Positions 1-9,247 are shown, counted from the first letter of the stretch. The stretch is DNA of 32,000 nt from Methanococcus maripaludis (GCF_002945325.1 NZ_CP026606.1:750001-782000), one strand, 5' to 3'. The notes: generated by a model not told the origin, from the letters alone. A program made the numbers and translations.

Positions 1-331
1 TGAAAACGCTATGGAAGAAGCTAGACTCAGTGTTGATATTTACAAAAGCGCTGAAGAACAAATTCCTAAGATTATTAAGGAATTGAGGAAACTTTTACCC
101 ATTAAGTTTGAAAAAAGGGATGTTGCAGTCAAAATTCTTGGAGAATTCGCTGCAAATGCCTACCACACACTTCATGAATATGGCGCAACTAAACAGGAAG
201 AATGGTTGGGCGATGGTTCGCTTGTTCTTGTAATCGAAATTCCGAGTGGTATTGAAAACGAATTTTACATGCATTTGAACAAACTTACAAAAGGAACTGT
301 TCAAACTAAAGTACTTAAAAGATATGAATAA
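1..331 (+). CDS. SBDS family ribosome maturation protein, C-terminal fragment (5' end outside window)
   Basis: Open frame runs through the window edge (ENAMEEARLSVDIYKSAEEQIPKIIKELRKLLPIKFEKRDVAVKI...); typical archaeal SBDS C-terminus; sits directly before L37Ae as in many archaea. Confidence 0.85.
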   Translation, partial: ENAMEEARLSVDIYKSAEEQIPKIIKELRKLLPIKFEKRDVAVKILGEFAANAYHTLHEYGATKQEEWLGDGSLVLVIEIPSGIENEFYMHLNKLTKGTVQTKVLKRYE

Positions 332-360
332 TCAATTTACGGATAGAAACAGGTGAAATA

Positions 361-651
361 ATGGTAGAATTTAGCCACACTAAAAAAATTGGTTCAGCAG
401 GAAGATTTGGATCAAGATACGGTAGAAAAATCAGAGTAAGATTAAGAGACGTTGAAATCAAACAAAACAAAGATTACAAATGCCCTGTTTGTGCATTCCC
501 TAAATTAAAAAGAGCAGGAACCTCTATCTGGGTATGTGAAAAATGCGGTGCAAAAATCGCTGGTGGAGCATACACTCCTGAAACTGGTGCTGGTAAAGTT
601 GTTACAAAAGCAATCAGAAGAGTTATTGAAAGTAAAAGTAGAGAAATCTAA
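361..651 (+). CDS. rpl37ae: 50S ribosomal protein L37Ae (eL43)
   Basis: KKIGSAGRFGSRYGRKIRVR plus zinc ribbon CPVC...CEKCG. Confidence 0.95.
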   Translation: MVEFSHTKKIGSAGRFGSRYGRKIRVRLRDVEIKQNKDYKCPVCAFPKLKRAGTSIWVCEKCGAKIAGGAYTPETGAGKVVTKAIRRVIESKSREI

Positions 652-705
652 TTTAATTATTTTTAAACCATTTATTTTTCATTTTAAGCTTTTTTAGGTG
701 ATATT

Positions 706-846
706 ATGGCAGAGTACAGATGTTCCAACTGCGGAAAAATCGTAACTCTTGATGAAATAGGATTAAAAGCTAAATGCCCTCACTGTAGTAACAGAGTTTT
801 GATAAAATTAAGACCTAAAATAGTTAAAAAAGTTCAGGCAAGATAA
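706..846 (+). CDS. rpoP: DNA-directed RNA polymerase subunit P (Rpo12), 46 aa; absent from the supplied ORF track
   Basis: My translation: MAEYRCSNCGKIVTLDEIGLKAKCPHCSNRVLIKLRPKIVKKVQAR*. Zinc ribbon CxxC..CxxC; GGTG RBS 5 nt before ATG; TAATG overlap with next gene. Confidence 0.95.
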   Translation: MAEYRCSNCGKIVTLDEIGLKAKCPHCSNRVLIKLRPKIVKKVQAR

Positions 847-1340
847 TGATAATTACGACTTCCAGAAAACCTTCTCAAAGAACCAGAAGCCTTGTAAATG
901 ATTTAGCGAGGGTTTTTAATTTTAAAATATTAAACCGAGGAAAAATTCCTCTCTCCGAGCTAATCGAAAATAAGGACGATATGATAATTGTAGAAGAACT
1001 AAAAGGAAACCCTGGAAGGCTCAAAATATTTAATTTTGAAAATAATAAAATTCTTTCTATGAACTTATCCTTAAAACTTCAACGGGAAGTTTCAGGAAAA
1101 GCATTTAAAAATTCTGGAAAACTGGGTTCAAAGTTTGATAAAAATACTGAACATTTAAAAGAATTCTTCTTTGAATACTTATTCAAAAAATTGAGTAATT
1201 ATAAGGAAGAGAATTCTGAAGTTGTAATTACCTTTAAAACGGTTGATGAGTCCACATTTTACATTGAAGTTCACAAAGGCTCAGAAAATATGGGTCCGAG
1301 TTTGAAAATAAAAACTGTAAAAATACTCGATATTGAATAG
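846..1340 (+). CDS. Brix domain ribosome biogenesis protein
   Basis: MIITTSRKPSQRTRSLVNDLARVF...NRGKIPLSEL...: archaeal Brix N-terminus, and position after rpoP. Confidence 0.88.
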   Translation: MIITTSRKPSQRTRSLVNDLARVFNFKILNRGKIPLSELIENKDDMIIVEELKGNPGRLKIFNFENNKILSMNLSLKLQREVSGKAFKNSGKLGSKFDKNTEHLKEFFFEYLFKKLSNYKEENSEVVITFKTVDESTFYIEVHKGSENMGPSLKIKTVKILDIE

Positions 1341-1599
1341 TGTTATTATGACATATCCCAAATTTACATTAAAATTGACTTTTGAAACTCCAAAAAAAGC
1401 CAGAATTATTTATGAATCTGTTTATCCAGAACATGTCGCATCGCAAGTTCGATCAAAGTGCAAAATGGACCTTTTTGAAAATTCAATTATTATTTCGTGC
1501 ATTTCTGACGAATTGAGTATCTTAAAAGCGTCTATTTATTCATATATTCGTTGGATAAAAGTTGCAGAAAGTATATATAAACTAACAGAAGATGAATAA
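1333..1599 (+). CDS. pcc1: KEOPS complex subunit Pcc1
   Basis: Small (88 aa) protein with Pcc1-like ISCISDELSILKASIYSYIRWIKVAESIY; located between Brix and prefoldin beta as in other archaea. Confidence 0.8.
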   Translation: MNSVIMTYPKFTLKLTFETPKKARIIYESVYPEHVASQVRSKCKMDLFENSIIISCISDELSILKASIYSYIRWIKVAESIYKLTEDE

Positions 1600-1656
1600 T
1601 AATTGGTAAATAAAATTAGTTTAAAAATAAATTAAACCTAAAAGAGGATTGAAATC

Positions 1657-1998
1657 ATGGAATTACCTGCAAACGTTCAAAATCAATTAATGCAATTCCA
1701 ACAACTCCAGCAGCAGTTACAAATGATAATGTACCAAAAACAGCAGTTTGAAACACAATTAAAGGAAATGGAAAAAGCTATTGAAGAAATGGAAAAATCT
1801 GATTCCGAAGAAGTATTTAAGATGGCTGGTGGAATCCTCGTTAAAAGAAACAAGGCTGAAGTAAAAGAAGAATTAAGTGAAAAGATAGAAACACTCCAGT
1901 TAAGAGTAACTACCTTTGAAAAACAAGAAGAAAAAATGCAGAAAAGATACACTGAATTACAAGAAAGCCTCCAAAAAGTAATGGGTCAGGGCCAATAA
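1657..1998 (+). CDS. pfdB: Prefoldin beta subunit
   Basis: [32 protein letters not shown]...: coiled-coil prefoldin beta signature. Confidence 0.93.
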   Translation: MELPANVQNQLMQFQQLQQQLQMIMYQKQQFETQLKEMEKAIEEMEKSDSEEVFKMAGGILVKRNKAEVKEELSEKIETLQLRVTTFEKQEEKMQKRYTELQESLQKVMGQGQ

Positions 1999-2035
1999 AT
2001 TAATTTTTTACTATACTCTTTTTTAAGGTCTGTTT

Positions 2036-3052
2036 ATGAAAAAAAAAATTGAAATATTGAAAGATTATCTAAAAAATGATGATATTATATTTCTATGTCA
2101 CCATAACGCAGATCCTGATGCAGTTGGTGCTGCAATCGGTTTAAAACAGCTTGCAAACAGCTTTTCTAAGAAAAAATCAAAAGAAAAAAATTTAAAAATA
2201 TCTGCAGATTCTGTAAGTAAACTTTCACGATCAATACTGAAAGAATTAAACGAAAAAATTGAAATTATAGAATATCCAAAATTACCAAAAACTGTTTTTT
2301 TAGTTGATACTTCTTCAATAAATCAGGTAACTGTAAATTCAGAAGAACTAACTAATTCAGATGTTATTTTAATAGATCATCACAAAAAAACCGATCTTAT
2401 AAATTTCTGCAAATTTTATATTGTTGATGAAAATTCAACTTCAACTTGTGAAATTGTAGCAAATTTATTCAGAGAAATGAAGATTTACCCTCCAAAAAAT
2501 ATCCGAATAGGGCTTTTATGCGGTATTTTGTATGATACAAAACATTTGAAAATTGCAAAAGAATCAACCTTTAATATAATCTCGTGGTTGATGAAAGATG
2601 TATCTTTTCAAAAAGTACTTTATCTTTTAAGCCAAGAAAGTGATCCAAGCAAAAGAATTGCACATTTAAAAGCTTGTAGCAGGATGGAATTAATGGAACT
2701 TGATAGCTACACTATTGCAATATCCCATGCAAGTTCTCATGAAGCTTCCTGTGCAAAAACAATCGTAAGTATTGGGGCAGACATTGCATTTGTTGTTGCT
2801 GCAAGAAAAAGGGATCGAGAAATTAGAATAAGTGTGCGCTCAAGAAAAGCAATTTCAAAAAAAATCCACATGGGGGCCCTTATGGAAAAAGTTGCAAAAA
2901 TTTTAGATGGGCAAGGTGGAGGGCATGCTGAAGCTGCTGGCTTAAATGCCCCTTGGAACAAAGAAAAAACTAAAGAAGAAGCAGTTGATTCTGTTCTTTC
3001 TGTCTGCATTAAGTCTCTTGAAGAAGAATTAAGTGGTGTAGAAAATGTCTGA
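2036..3052 (+). CDS. DHH/DHHA1 family phosphoesterase
   Basis: HHNADPDAVGAA, DHHKKTD motifs and C-terminal GGQGGGHAEAAG (DHHA1). Confidence 0.85.
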   Translation: MKKKIEILKDYLKNDDIIFLCHHNADPDAVGAAIGLKQLANSFSKKKSKEKNLKISADSVSKLSRSILKELNEKIEIIEYPKLPKTVFLVDTSSINQVTVNSEELTNSDVILIDHHKKTDLINFCKFYIVDENSTSTCEIVANLFREMKIYPPKNIRIGLLCGILYDTKHLKIAKESTFNIISWLMKDVSFQKVLYLLSQESDPSKRIAHLKACSRMELMELDSYTIAISHASSHEASCAKTIVSIGADIAFVVAARKRDREIRISVRSRKAISKKIHMGALMEKVAKILDGQGGGHAEAAGLNAPWNKEKTKEEAVDSVLSVCIKSLEEELSGVENV

Positions 3053-3419
3053 AAAAAGCCTTGAAAAAAATGAAATTTTTGATTCATACTTTAAAAATTT
3101 AAGTGATCGGGAAAGAGCAGTTTTTGAAGGGGGTATTTCACTTGGAGCACTTTTCCACCAATTTGTTGGAACACCTGTTAGCGAAAAAACTAAAAAAAGT
3201 TTAGAAATTGCAATGTCTGAATCTTTGAAAAACCAGCCATTTATTGAAGATGTTTCTGTATCAATTGTTGGAATAATCGAAGATGGAAAATATGTTTCAT
3301 TAACTGGCGAAATGCTTGATGTATCCCTAACTGTAAAAACTGAGAAAAACCGTGCTCTTTTAAGATTAAAATACATTAAAGAACTCGATTATCCATTAAT
3401 GTACGTTGAAAAAATTTAA
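3045..3419 (+). CDS. Conserved archaeal protein of unknown function
   Basis: 124-aa ORF overlapping upstream DHH gene by 8 nt, co-directional. Confidence 0.7.
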   Translation: MSEKSLEKNEIFDSYFKNLSDRERAVFEGGISLGALFHQFVGTPVSEKTKKSLEIAMSESLKNQPFIEDVSVSIVGIIEDGKYVSLTGEMLDVSLTVKTEKNRALLRLKYIKELDYPLMYVEKI

Positions 3420-3431
3420 AAGGTGAAACTC

Positions 3432-3701
3432 ATGAAAGTTGCAGTTCCAATGGATATGGACACAATTTCAGACGCTGATTCTGCAAAATATTTTTTAATA
3501 TTTAAAATTGAAGAAAAGGAAGTTGTTGATACAAAAACACTATTAACTCTTGAAGAAATGTTAAAAGAAAAACCAAATGCAATTATCGTAAACAAACGCG
3601 AAAAATTTAATGGAAAAATGGAAAATTATTTTTGTGAAAAAAACGATGTTGACGTTTGCATTTTGGAATTTATCGAAGGAAATTTAGAAAAAATTGAATA
3701 A
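3432..3701 (+). CDS. Small conserved hypothetical protein (~89 aa)
   Basis: MKVAVPMDMDTISDADSAKYFLIFKIEE...; ATG at 3432 has GGTG 6 nt upstream, so the supplied 3423 GTG start is probably too long. Confidence 0.7.
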   Translation: MKVAVPMDMDTISDADSAKYFLIFKIEEKEVVDTKTLLTLEEMLKEKPNAIIVNKREKFNGKMENYFCEKNDVDVCILEFIEGNLEKIE

Positions 3702-3710
3702 ATTTTATTT

Positions 3711-5501
3711 TTATTGATATCCTTTTAATTTTAATCCATAACCGTACTCCCAAGATTTAAAATCTTCTCCTGCAAGCATGTCGATTATTGATGGGTAATT
3801 ATCCGCTTCTTCATAGTACAGGTTATAATCACTTCCCAAAACATACCGGGTACCTTCTGCTCTTGGGGGCGTTATATAATTTATTCCTACTGTTTTTGAT
3901 AAAGAGTAAATATTTGTTGTTGGTTCTATTGAAGCATATTTCCTAACACGGAAATTATCGAAATAGATATCATAAGCATCTATCAAACTTCCTCCTGAAG
4001 TACCCAGTTCAAAATAAGTTCCGTATTTCTCAAGATTCTCTTCTGAAATCATCCAATCGGGTTCATTGTCAGATATATAATCTTCCAAGGTACAATATTT
4101 TGCCTGAATATCGTCATCTAAAACTTCCAATTTAATTGTATACCATTCATTTTCAAGAGGAGCATTGAAGAAATCTGTTCCAACGTATGTCCGAAGTACA
4201 TTATTATAATCAACAGGATATTCTTTGGAAAGTCCGAAGAAAATATCGAATACTTTCAAATCCCATATTAAATTGGATCCAGTAAGGGTAAATAATGCGC
4301 CATGTACGCTACTCATGTCAACTGAATAAAAAGCATCAGGGTGGGTTGTAGTTTCTGCCAAATATTCAGGGTCTGCAAAAAATCCAAGCATTGTATAAGG
4401 GCCAGGAGTGCTATCATGGAATGCAAAATAACCCATTGAATCAACTTCCACAATATACTCACTTAAACTTGTATTTTCTGTGGAGATCATTCTGGCAATG
4501 TCTGGTGCATCCTGACATGTTATAATATTTTCATTATAAAGACTGTTTGAATATATATTTGAATTGGAAATATACTCCCAATCCCCCCTGTAAACATTCC
4601 ATTTTGAATAGAGTGAATTACTATCCTCAAAATCATCAAACATTTCAAATACTCTATTACCATTGCTTTCTGAAATTTTTGGATATGTTGACAAGATATA
4701 TACTGACGTGTTTATATTCGCATCCAATATTGGAACTTTTAACCACAACACTGATGTTCGATCATTGTCATCGTCACTATAATCCCATACTTCAACCCAA
4801 TAAGGGATATAATTCCCATTTTCGTCATAAAATCTAAGACCTTCTCCAGTAGGTTCTATTGAATAATCAAAATTAGAGTCGTTAAAAACCACTTTTACCT
4901 GAAAATCATACAGTGTTTCTGCATTAGGATTAGATACGTTTATTACTCCGACATATGTAGGTTTTATGTAATGGTAAGCATCCAAAACCGTTTTTACAGT
5001 GGAATATTGAAATGAAGAAATATTTTCTTCTTTGATAACGCCTTTGTTTCCTTGGATTTTATAATACAAATCATAATCCAATTTAAAGGTGAACCCGTCA
5101 ACCATCGTAATATTTGTCATGCTAAAATTATAATCGATAGTATATCCTAAATTAGAATATTCTTCGCTTACATTTTCAAGATAATCCTTCACTATTATAT
5201 CTTCCGTCCCATTTTTTAAATACGCTAAAGTATAATTAGTAGACTCAAAAAAAGGGTCTCCTGAAGGGTTGTTATTATAATTGTCGATTACTTCCAGCTC
5301 TGCATCATTTAATACTCGGTTAAACACTGTTGGAAGAGAGCTTTCGATTATGTGTTCTAAGGAAGAAGATTTTAAGTCTATTGAAGACGCTTCCATTTCA
5401 GTTAAAACTTGATTTTTTTGCAAATCCAATGTATTATATGTTAAAGTGGCAGTCAGTAACAATAATAATACAAGAGTTGTAGTGCTTTGAGAAAGATACA
5501 T
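3711..5501 (-). CDS. Large surface/pilus-associated protein with DUF2341 domain and N-terminal hydrophobic segment
   Basis: N-terminus STTTLVLLLLLTATLTYNTL; DUF2341-like block (LYDFQVKVVFNDSNFDYSIEPTGEGLRFYD...IPYWVEVWDY); following FDDFEDSNSLYSKWNVYRGDWE resembles a lectin-like jelly roll; paralogous to ORF 6048-7733. RBS GGTGG present. Confidence 0.8.
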   Translation of the reverse strand: MYLSQSTTTLVLLLLLTATLTYNTLDLQKNQVLTEMEASSIDLKSSSLEHIIESSLPTVFNRVLNDAELEVIDNYNNNPSGDPFFESTNYTLAYLKNGTEDIIVKDYLENVSEEYSNLGYTIDYNFSMTNITMVDGFTFKLDYDLYYKIQGNKGVIKEENISSFQYSTVKTVLDAYHYIKPTYVGVINVSNPNAETLYDFQVKVVFNDSNFDYSIEPTGEGLRFYDENGNYIPYWVEVWDYSDDDNDRTSVLWLKVPILDANINTSVYILSTYPKISESNGNRVFEMFDDFEDSNSLYSKWNVYRGDWEYISNSNIYSNSLYNENIITCQDAPDIARMISTENTSLSEYIVEVDSMGYFAFHDSTPGPYTMLGFFADPEYLAETTTHPDAFYSVDMSSVHGALFTLTGSNLIWDLKVFDIFFGLSKEYPVDYNNVLRTYVGTDFFNAPLENEWYTIKLEVLDDDIQAKYCTLEDYISDNEPDWMISEENLEKYGTYFELGTSGGSLIDAYDIYFDNFRVRKYASIEPTTNIYSLSKTVGINYITPPRAEGTRYVLGSDYNLYYEEADNYPSIIDMLAGEDFKSWEYGYGLKLKGYQ

Positions 5502-5512
5502 AAATTACCACC

Positions 5513-6037
5513 TTAGTTACCATATACTTTTAAAGAAACTTCGACGGGTTTACTGTTATTAAAGTAATAAATTGCTTTTTTGTAATCTCCTGAAACACTT
5601 TGGTATGCTTGTGTTTCTGAGATTTCAGGGCCTTTTATAGTAATACTACCCCCTTCATCCCATGCTACCCCATACCATCCTTCAGACCTATTCATAATCA
5701 CAACGGAAGATACAATAACAATATTTTGATTAGATTTACTTCCTTTACTGAATACTACTTGATCATCCACAATAAAATCGTAGTTTTTAACATATAGCCT
5801 ATTTGATAAAATGGATTCTGCAGTAGAATCTTCATTATTATTCCACAATAGTAAGGCTGTTTCAACAGTTCCATCAGTGATTATCGCTTTTAACTGGTAA
5901 GATACCTTATCATGCAATATATCTGATTTTATAACATCCTGATATGCTCCGGAATGTTCCACCAGCGATGTCGTAAAAAACGCCATTCCAATTGTAAGTA
6001 TGACTATTGCAATGACCAAATCCATGTCAAATATCAT
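5513..6037 (-). CDS. Pilin-like/secreted protein with N-terminal hydrophobic helix
   Basis: MIFDMDLVIAIVILTIGMAFFTTSLVEHSGAYQDV...; GGTG RBS; within the pilus operon. Confidence 0.65.
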   Translation of the reverse strand: MIFDMDLVIAIVILTIGMAFFTTSLVEHSGAYQDVIKSDILHDKVSYQLKAIITDGTVETALLLWNNNEDSTAESILSNRLYVKNYDFIVDDQVVFSKGSKSNQNIVIVSSVVIMNRSEGWYGVAWDEGGSITIKGPEISETQAYQSVSGDYKKAIYYFNNSKPVEVSLKVYGN

Positions 6038-6047
6038 TTAAAACACC

Positions 6048-7733
6048 TTAATTGTTCATACTAAGAATACATGACACATTATACTGCTTTAATTTTAAAA
6101 CATATATTGTAGATGCTTCATCGTAATTTAAAGTTAAATCTACATTTGTAGCGGGGTCGGTACTTAATAGTTTTACTTCATTTGGTTCATAGTACTCCCA
6201 AGCATGCGTTGAAATAACTTTTTCAAAGTCGGTTAGTTTGTCACTAGTACCAAGTGAAAGTTCGTAAGGCACACCATTTACCATAAATAAAGCTGTGGTT
6301 GTAGCACCTGCCTTTGCAGTTATATTTGATATCGTTGAGGGCCTTCTTGCCGCAAAATACAGTATTTCCCCGGAACTGATGTTTTCGGTTTCTGAATTAC
6401 TATTTGAATATCTCCAAGTTTTTACTGGAACATATAAATTTCTAGTCATTACATAGGTATCAGGAACTATTGTATAAGTATAATTTACATCAACCAAATT
6501 TACATTTGAAAAAGTGTAACTTGGAACCCCCTCAAAATGGTACTCTGTAACATCTACGGCATTTTGACCGGTATTGTAACTTAAAACTTCATAAACATCA
6601 ACCAGAACATTTTCAGCATATTTTCTAACTTTTATATTGTCAAACCAGAATTCTTCACTGTGACTACCCTGCCCGGTTCCGATAAGAATGTGTTTTCGAG
6701 TACTTGAATAACTTGTAATTTCACAGGTTGTATCGAGCATAGAATCTAAGTTATAATTCGGATTTGTGTCTCCCAAATAACCATTAAACAATACCCAAAG
6801 TGAGGCTTTGCAAATTTTATCCTCATCTCCACCAACATTTTTATCTTCTTGTTCTAAAATTAATTTTTCATAATACCACTGATTGTCTTTTGTAAATATA
6901 TTGGATAATACCGCGTTTGAATCTCCATTTTCACATATCGCAAAAACTTGATCATAACCATTAAATGAATTATAATAGTTATTACCTCCGTTATCAGAAT
7001 AAAATCCAAGCATAGTATCAGGGCTATCCGCACTTCCACCAGTAGCTCCCGTATGCCCCTTAACAAGCGCATCCAAAATGTAAATGTCCCCATCAACAAC
7101 AGATAATGGATCATCTGAAACTGCTCTTCTATACTCGATATCACTTGCTTGAAGGTGTGCTACATGATTGGTACCAGAACCTCCATTATAATAGGAAAGA
7201 TCTGAATCTGTTGAAATTTCCCAATCGCCTCTTACAATATTCCATTTGTCATTGAAGTTTCCATCCTCAAAATCATCAAAGAATATAAACGTGTCCTCTC
7301 CGTCACTTGAATATGACCCGCCCTGGTTTCTTTTTAACAATATAGGCGTTGTTATCTCGCCAGGAAGGCTGTCAACTTTCACCCAGACTCTTGCTTCGTC
7401 GTTATAGTCCCATGTTTCGATCCAGTAATGAAGTTGAGTGTTTCCTTGCCAAAAACTGAGCCCTGAACCATCTGAGGAATAATCAAAATTAAAATTTGAA
7501 GGATTTAACGTTACGAGCACCTGAAAATCTGTAAGATCCTGAGTTCCGGGATTTGTAATATTTATTTCATAGTACCACGATTCATTGTATAAAAATTCCT
7601 GATCCATAGAATATGGATCAAAAGTACCAGGAATTGTTTCTAAACCAGAATATCTTTCAGAAACAGCTTTTAAAAACCTCAAATAATCAGGAACATAAGA
7701 ATTCGAAGGAAATTCATGCATTTTAAATATCAT
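6048..7733 (-). CDS. Large DUF2341-domain protein (561 aa), N-terminus lacks an export signal
   Basis: LTDFQVLVTLNPSNFNFDYSSDGSGLSFWQGNTQLHYWIETWDY... and FFDDFEDGNFNDKWNIVRGDWEIS; paralog of ORF 3711-5501. No recognisable SD before ATG 7733. Confidence 0.8.
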   Translation of the reverse strand: MIFKMHEFPSNSYVPDYLRFLKAVSERYSGLETIPGTFDPYSMDQEFLYNESWYYEINITNPGTQDLTDFQVLVTLNPSNFNFDYSSDGSGLSFWQGNTQLHYWIETWDYNDEARVWVKVDSLPGEITTPILLKRNQGGSYSSDGEDTFIFFDDFEDGNFNDKWNIVRGDWEISTDSDLSYYNGGSGTNHVAHLQASDIEYRRAVSDDPLSVVDGDIYILDALVKGHTGATGGSADSPDTMLGFYSDNGGNNYYNSFNGYDQVFAICENGDSNAVLSNIFTKDNQWYYEKLILEQEDKNVGGDEDKICKASLWVLFNGYLGDTNPNYNLDSMLDTTCEITSYSSTRKHILIGTGQGSHSEEFWFDNIKVRKYAENVLVDVYEVLSYNTGQNAVDVTEYHFEGVPSYTFSNVNLVDVNYTYTIVPDTYVMTRNLYVPVKTWRYSNSNSETENISSGEILYFAARRPSTISNITAKAGATTTALFMVNGVPYELSLGTSDKLTDFEKVISTHAWEYYEPNEVKLLSTDPATNVDLTLNYDEASTIYVLKLKQYNVSCILSMNN

Positions 7734-7741
7734 GTCTGAAA

Positions 7742-7918
7742 TTAAATTGCTTTTTCAAATTGTTCCATATCTCTCTTTTGTTCCTGATTAGTAAGATTTA
7801 CGTGGGTAAATGTAAAATAACCCATGTAAAATACAGCTATAAATAAAATTACAACTGCTACAGCTTCATAAGTAAAGATGTATCCTTTTTTGGAAGTTAA
7901 TTTTGATTTTAAAGTCAT
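7742..7918 (-). CDS. 58-aa pilin-like membrane segment ORF (missing from ORF track); probable N-terminus of the downstream DUF2341 protein in another frame
   Basis: My translation: MTLKSKLTSKKGYIFTYEAVAVVILFIAVFYMGYFTFTHVNLTNQEQKRDMEQFEKAI*. GGGAT before ATG 7918; ends 8 nt before the 561-aa ORF. Confidence 0.65.
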   Translation of the reverse strand: MTLKSKLTSKKGYIFTYEAVAVVILFIAVFYMGYFTFTHVNLTNQEQKRDMEQFEKAI

Positions 7919-7919
7919 T

Positions 7920-8438
7920 TTATCCCTTTCTTCTCATCAAACATATCAAACATAAAATAAATACTAAAAAATTTACATCTGAGGATATTGGAAGTTTTAT
8001 TATCGAAACTTCATGTTCTGTGATCTTAAAATTTTCTAAAACATAATATGGGCTAGAATTTTCGGTTTTCCAGATATTTGATTCTATTTTGAGTTCATTA
8101 CTCCCATTTACCAGATAATTTGTAATATCGGTTTCGTTTTCTGATTTTTTATACGCGCCTGATCCAGTATTTGAAAGATCTTTTGAATATTCATGGATAT
8201 TGTGGCCATTTACAAAAATCTTAACATACATTCCTTCTTGAAGATTTCCATAGTGAACATAACTAAGTTTATAGGTATAATTCTCTACTTTATCGATATT
8301 AAATGTTTCAGTTTTAGATTTTTCATCCACATTTACCTTATAATAATCAGAATATGAATATACTGAGGAAATTAATAAAAAAATAGAAAATACGAAAAAA
8401 AGATTATTGAATAGATATTTGTAATTTTTTTGTAACAT
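7920..8438 (-). CDS. Secreted protein with signal peptide and C-terminal TM followed by basic tail
   Basis: MLQKNYKYLFNNLFFVFSIFLLISSVYSY...DVNFLVFILCLICLMRRKG; GGGGAT RBS before ATG 8438 favours this start over 8450. Confidence 0.65.
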   Translation of the reverse strand: MLQKNYKYLFNNLFFVFSIFLLISSVYSYSDYYKVNVDEKSKTETFNIDKVENYTYKLSYVHYGNLQEGMYVKIFVNGHNIHEYSKDLSNTGSGAYKKSENETDITNYLVNGSNELKIESNIWKTENSSPYYVLENFKITEHEVSIIKLPISSDVNFLVFILCLICLMRRKG

Positions 8439-8859
8439 AAAAATCCCCAAAAGATATGTTTACAGTATTTGGAGGGATTGAATTTACTGAATTGTTAACA
8501 TTACTACTGGATATATTAACAACTCCATTATTATCGGGATCGGGACTAAATATAATATATGTAGTCGAATTTACACTAATTGTCTTATTTGAAATCATAA
8601 TTGTATAATTTAGGTTACCCACTGGCTTAAAAGTTGCATTTATGGCAACATCTTTTGAATATGCTGTGATTGCATAATTTTCGAAATTATCAAGTATTGC
8701 ATGCCCCCGTTCAACAGTTTCAGACTCTTTAAATGATTTTGCCATGTTTAATACATTTTGACCAGTAAATGCAAAAATTAATAATAGAAAGAGCATTGCG
8801 AGTATAAAATCAAAAGAAACCTGTCCTTTTTTAGTTGATGTCAATTTGAACATACTCAT
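8404..8859 (-). CDS. epdC: Class III signal peptide pilin-like protein (EpdC-like)
   Basis: KKGQVSFDFILAMLFLLLIFAF: class III prepilin cleavage motif plus hydrophobic helix. Symbol assigned from remembered M. maripaludis gene order eppA-epdA-x-x-epdB-epdC. Confidence 0.8.
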   Translation of the reverse strand: MSMFKLTSTKKGQVSFDFILAMLFLLLIFAFTGQNVLNMAKSFKESETVERGHAILDNFENYAITAYSKDVAINATFKPVGNLNYTIMISNKTISVNSTTYIIFSPDPDNNGVVNISSSNVNNSVNSIPPNTVNISFGDFYVTKKLQISIQ

Positions 8860-9247
8860 CCATCCTTGTTAAATTAACTGTTAATATCTTCAATGAAGTA
8901 GTTTCATGAGTAAATGAAGTGCTTCCAAGCTTATTTTTTAGAGTTACCGTAGTATTTGTTGAAATATTATAACCGTCCCCAGATATCGAAATTGACCTAT
9001 TATTAATCTCCCATTTTGAAATTGGGGATTTAACATAAACCATCTTTGATGAACCCGGATCCGATACCGAAAGCAATTCAACACTGCTCTTAACTTTTGA
9101 AAGTGCAGCATGCGCCAAACTTGCCGAAGATAACTCTACAGATTTATTCAATCCAAAAATTCCTGGAGTCATTGTAGATACAACAACCGCTACAAGAAGT
9201 GCTAAAAATAATACGATAAATTCTACTGAAACCTGTCCTTTTGACAT
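8831..9247 (-). CDS. epdB: Class III signal peptide pilin-like protein (EpdB-like)
   Basis: MSKGQVSVEFIVLFLALLVAVVVSTM. Start likely ATG 9247 instead of TTG 9262. Confidence 0.8.
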   Translation of the reverse strand: MSKGQVSVEFIVLFLALLVAVVVSTMTPGIFGLNKSVELSSASLAHAALSKVKSSVELLSVSDPGSSKMVYVKSPISKWEINNRSISISGDGYNISTNTTVTLKNKLGSTSFTHETTSLKILTVNLTRMDEYVQIDIN

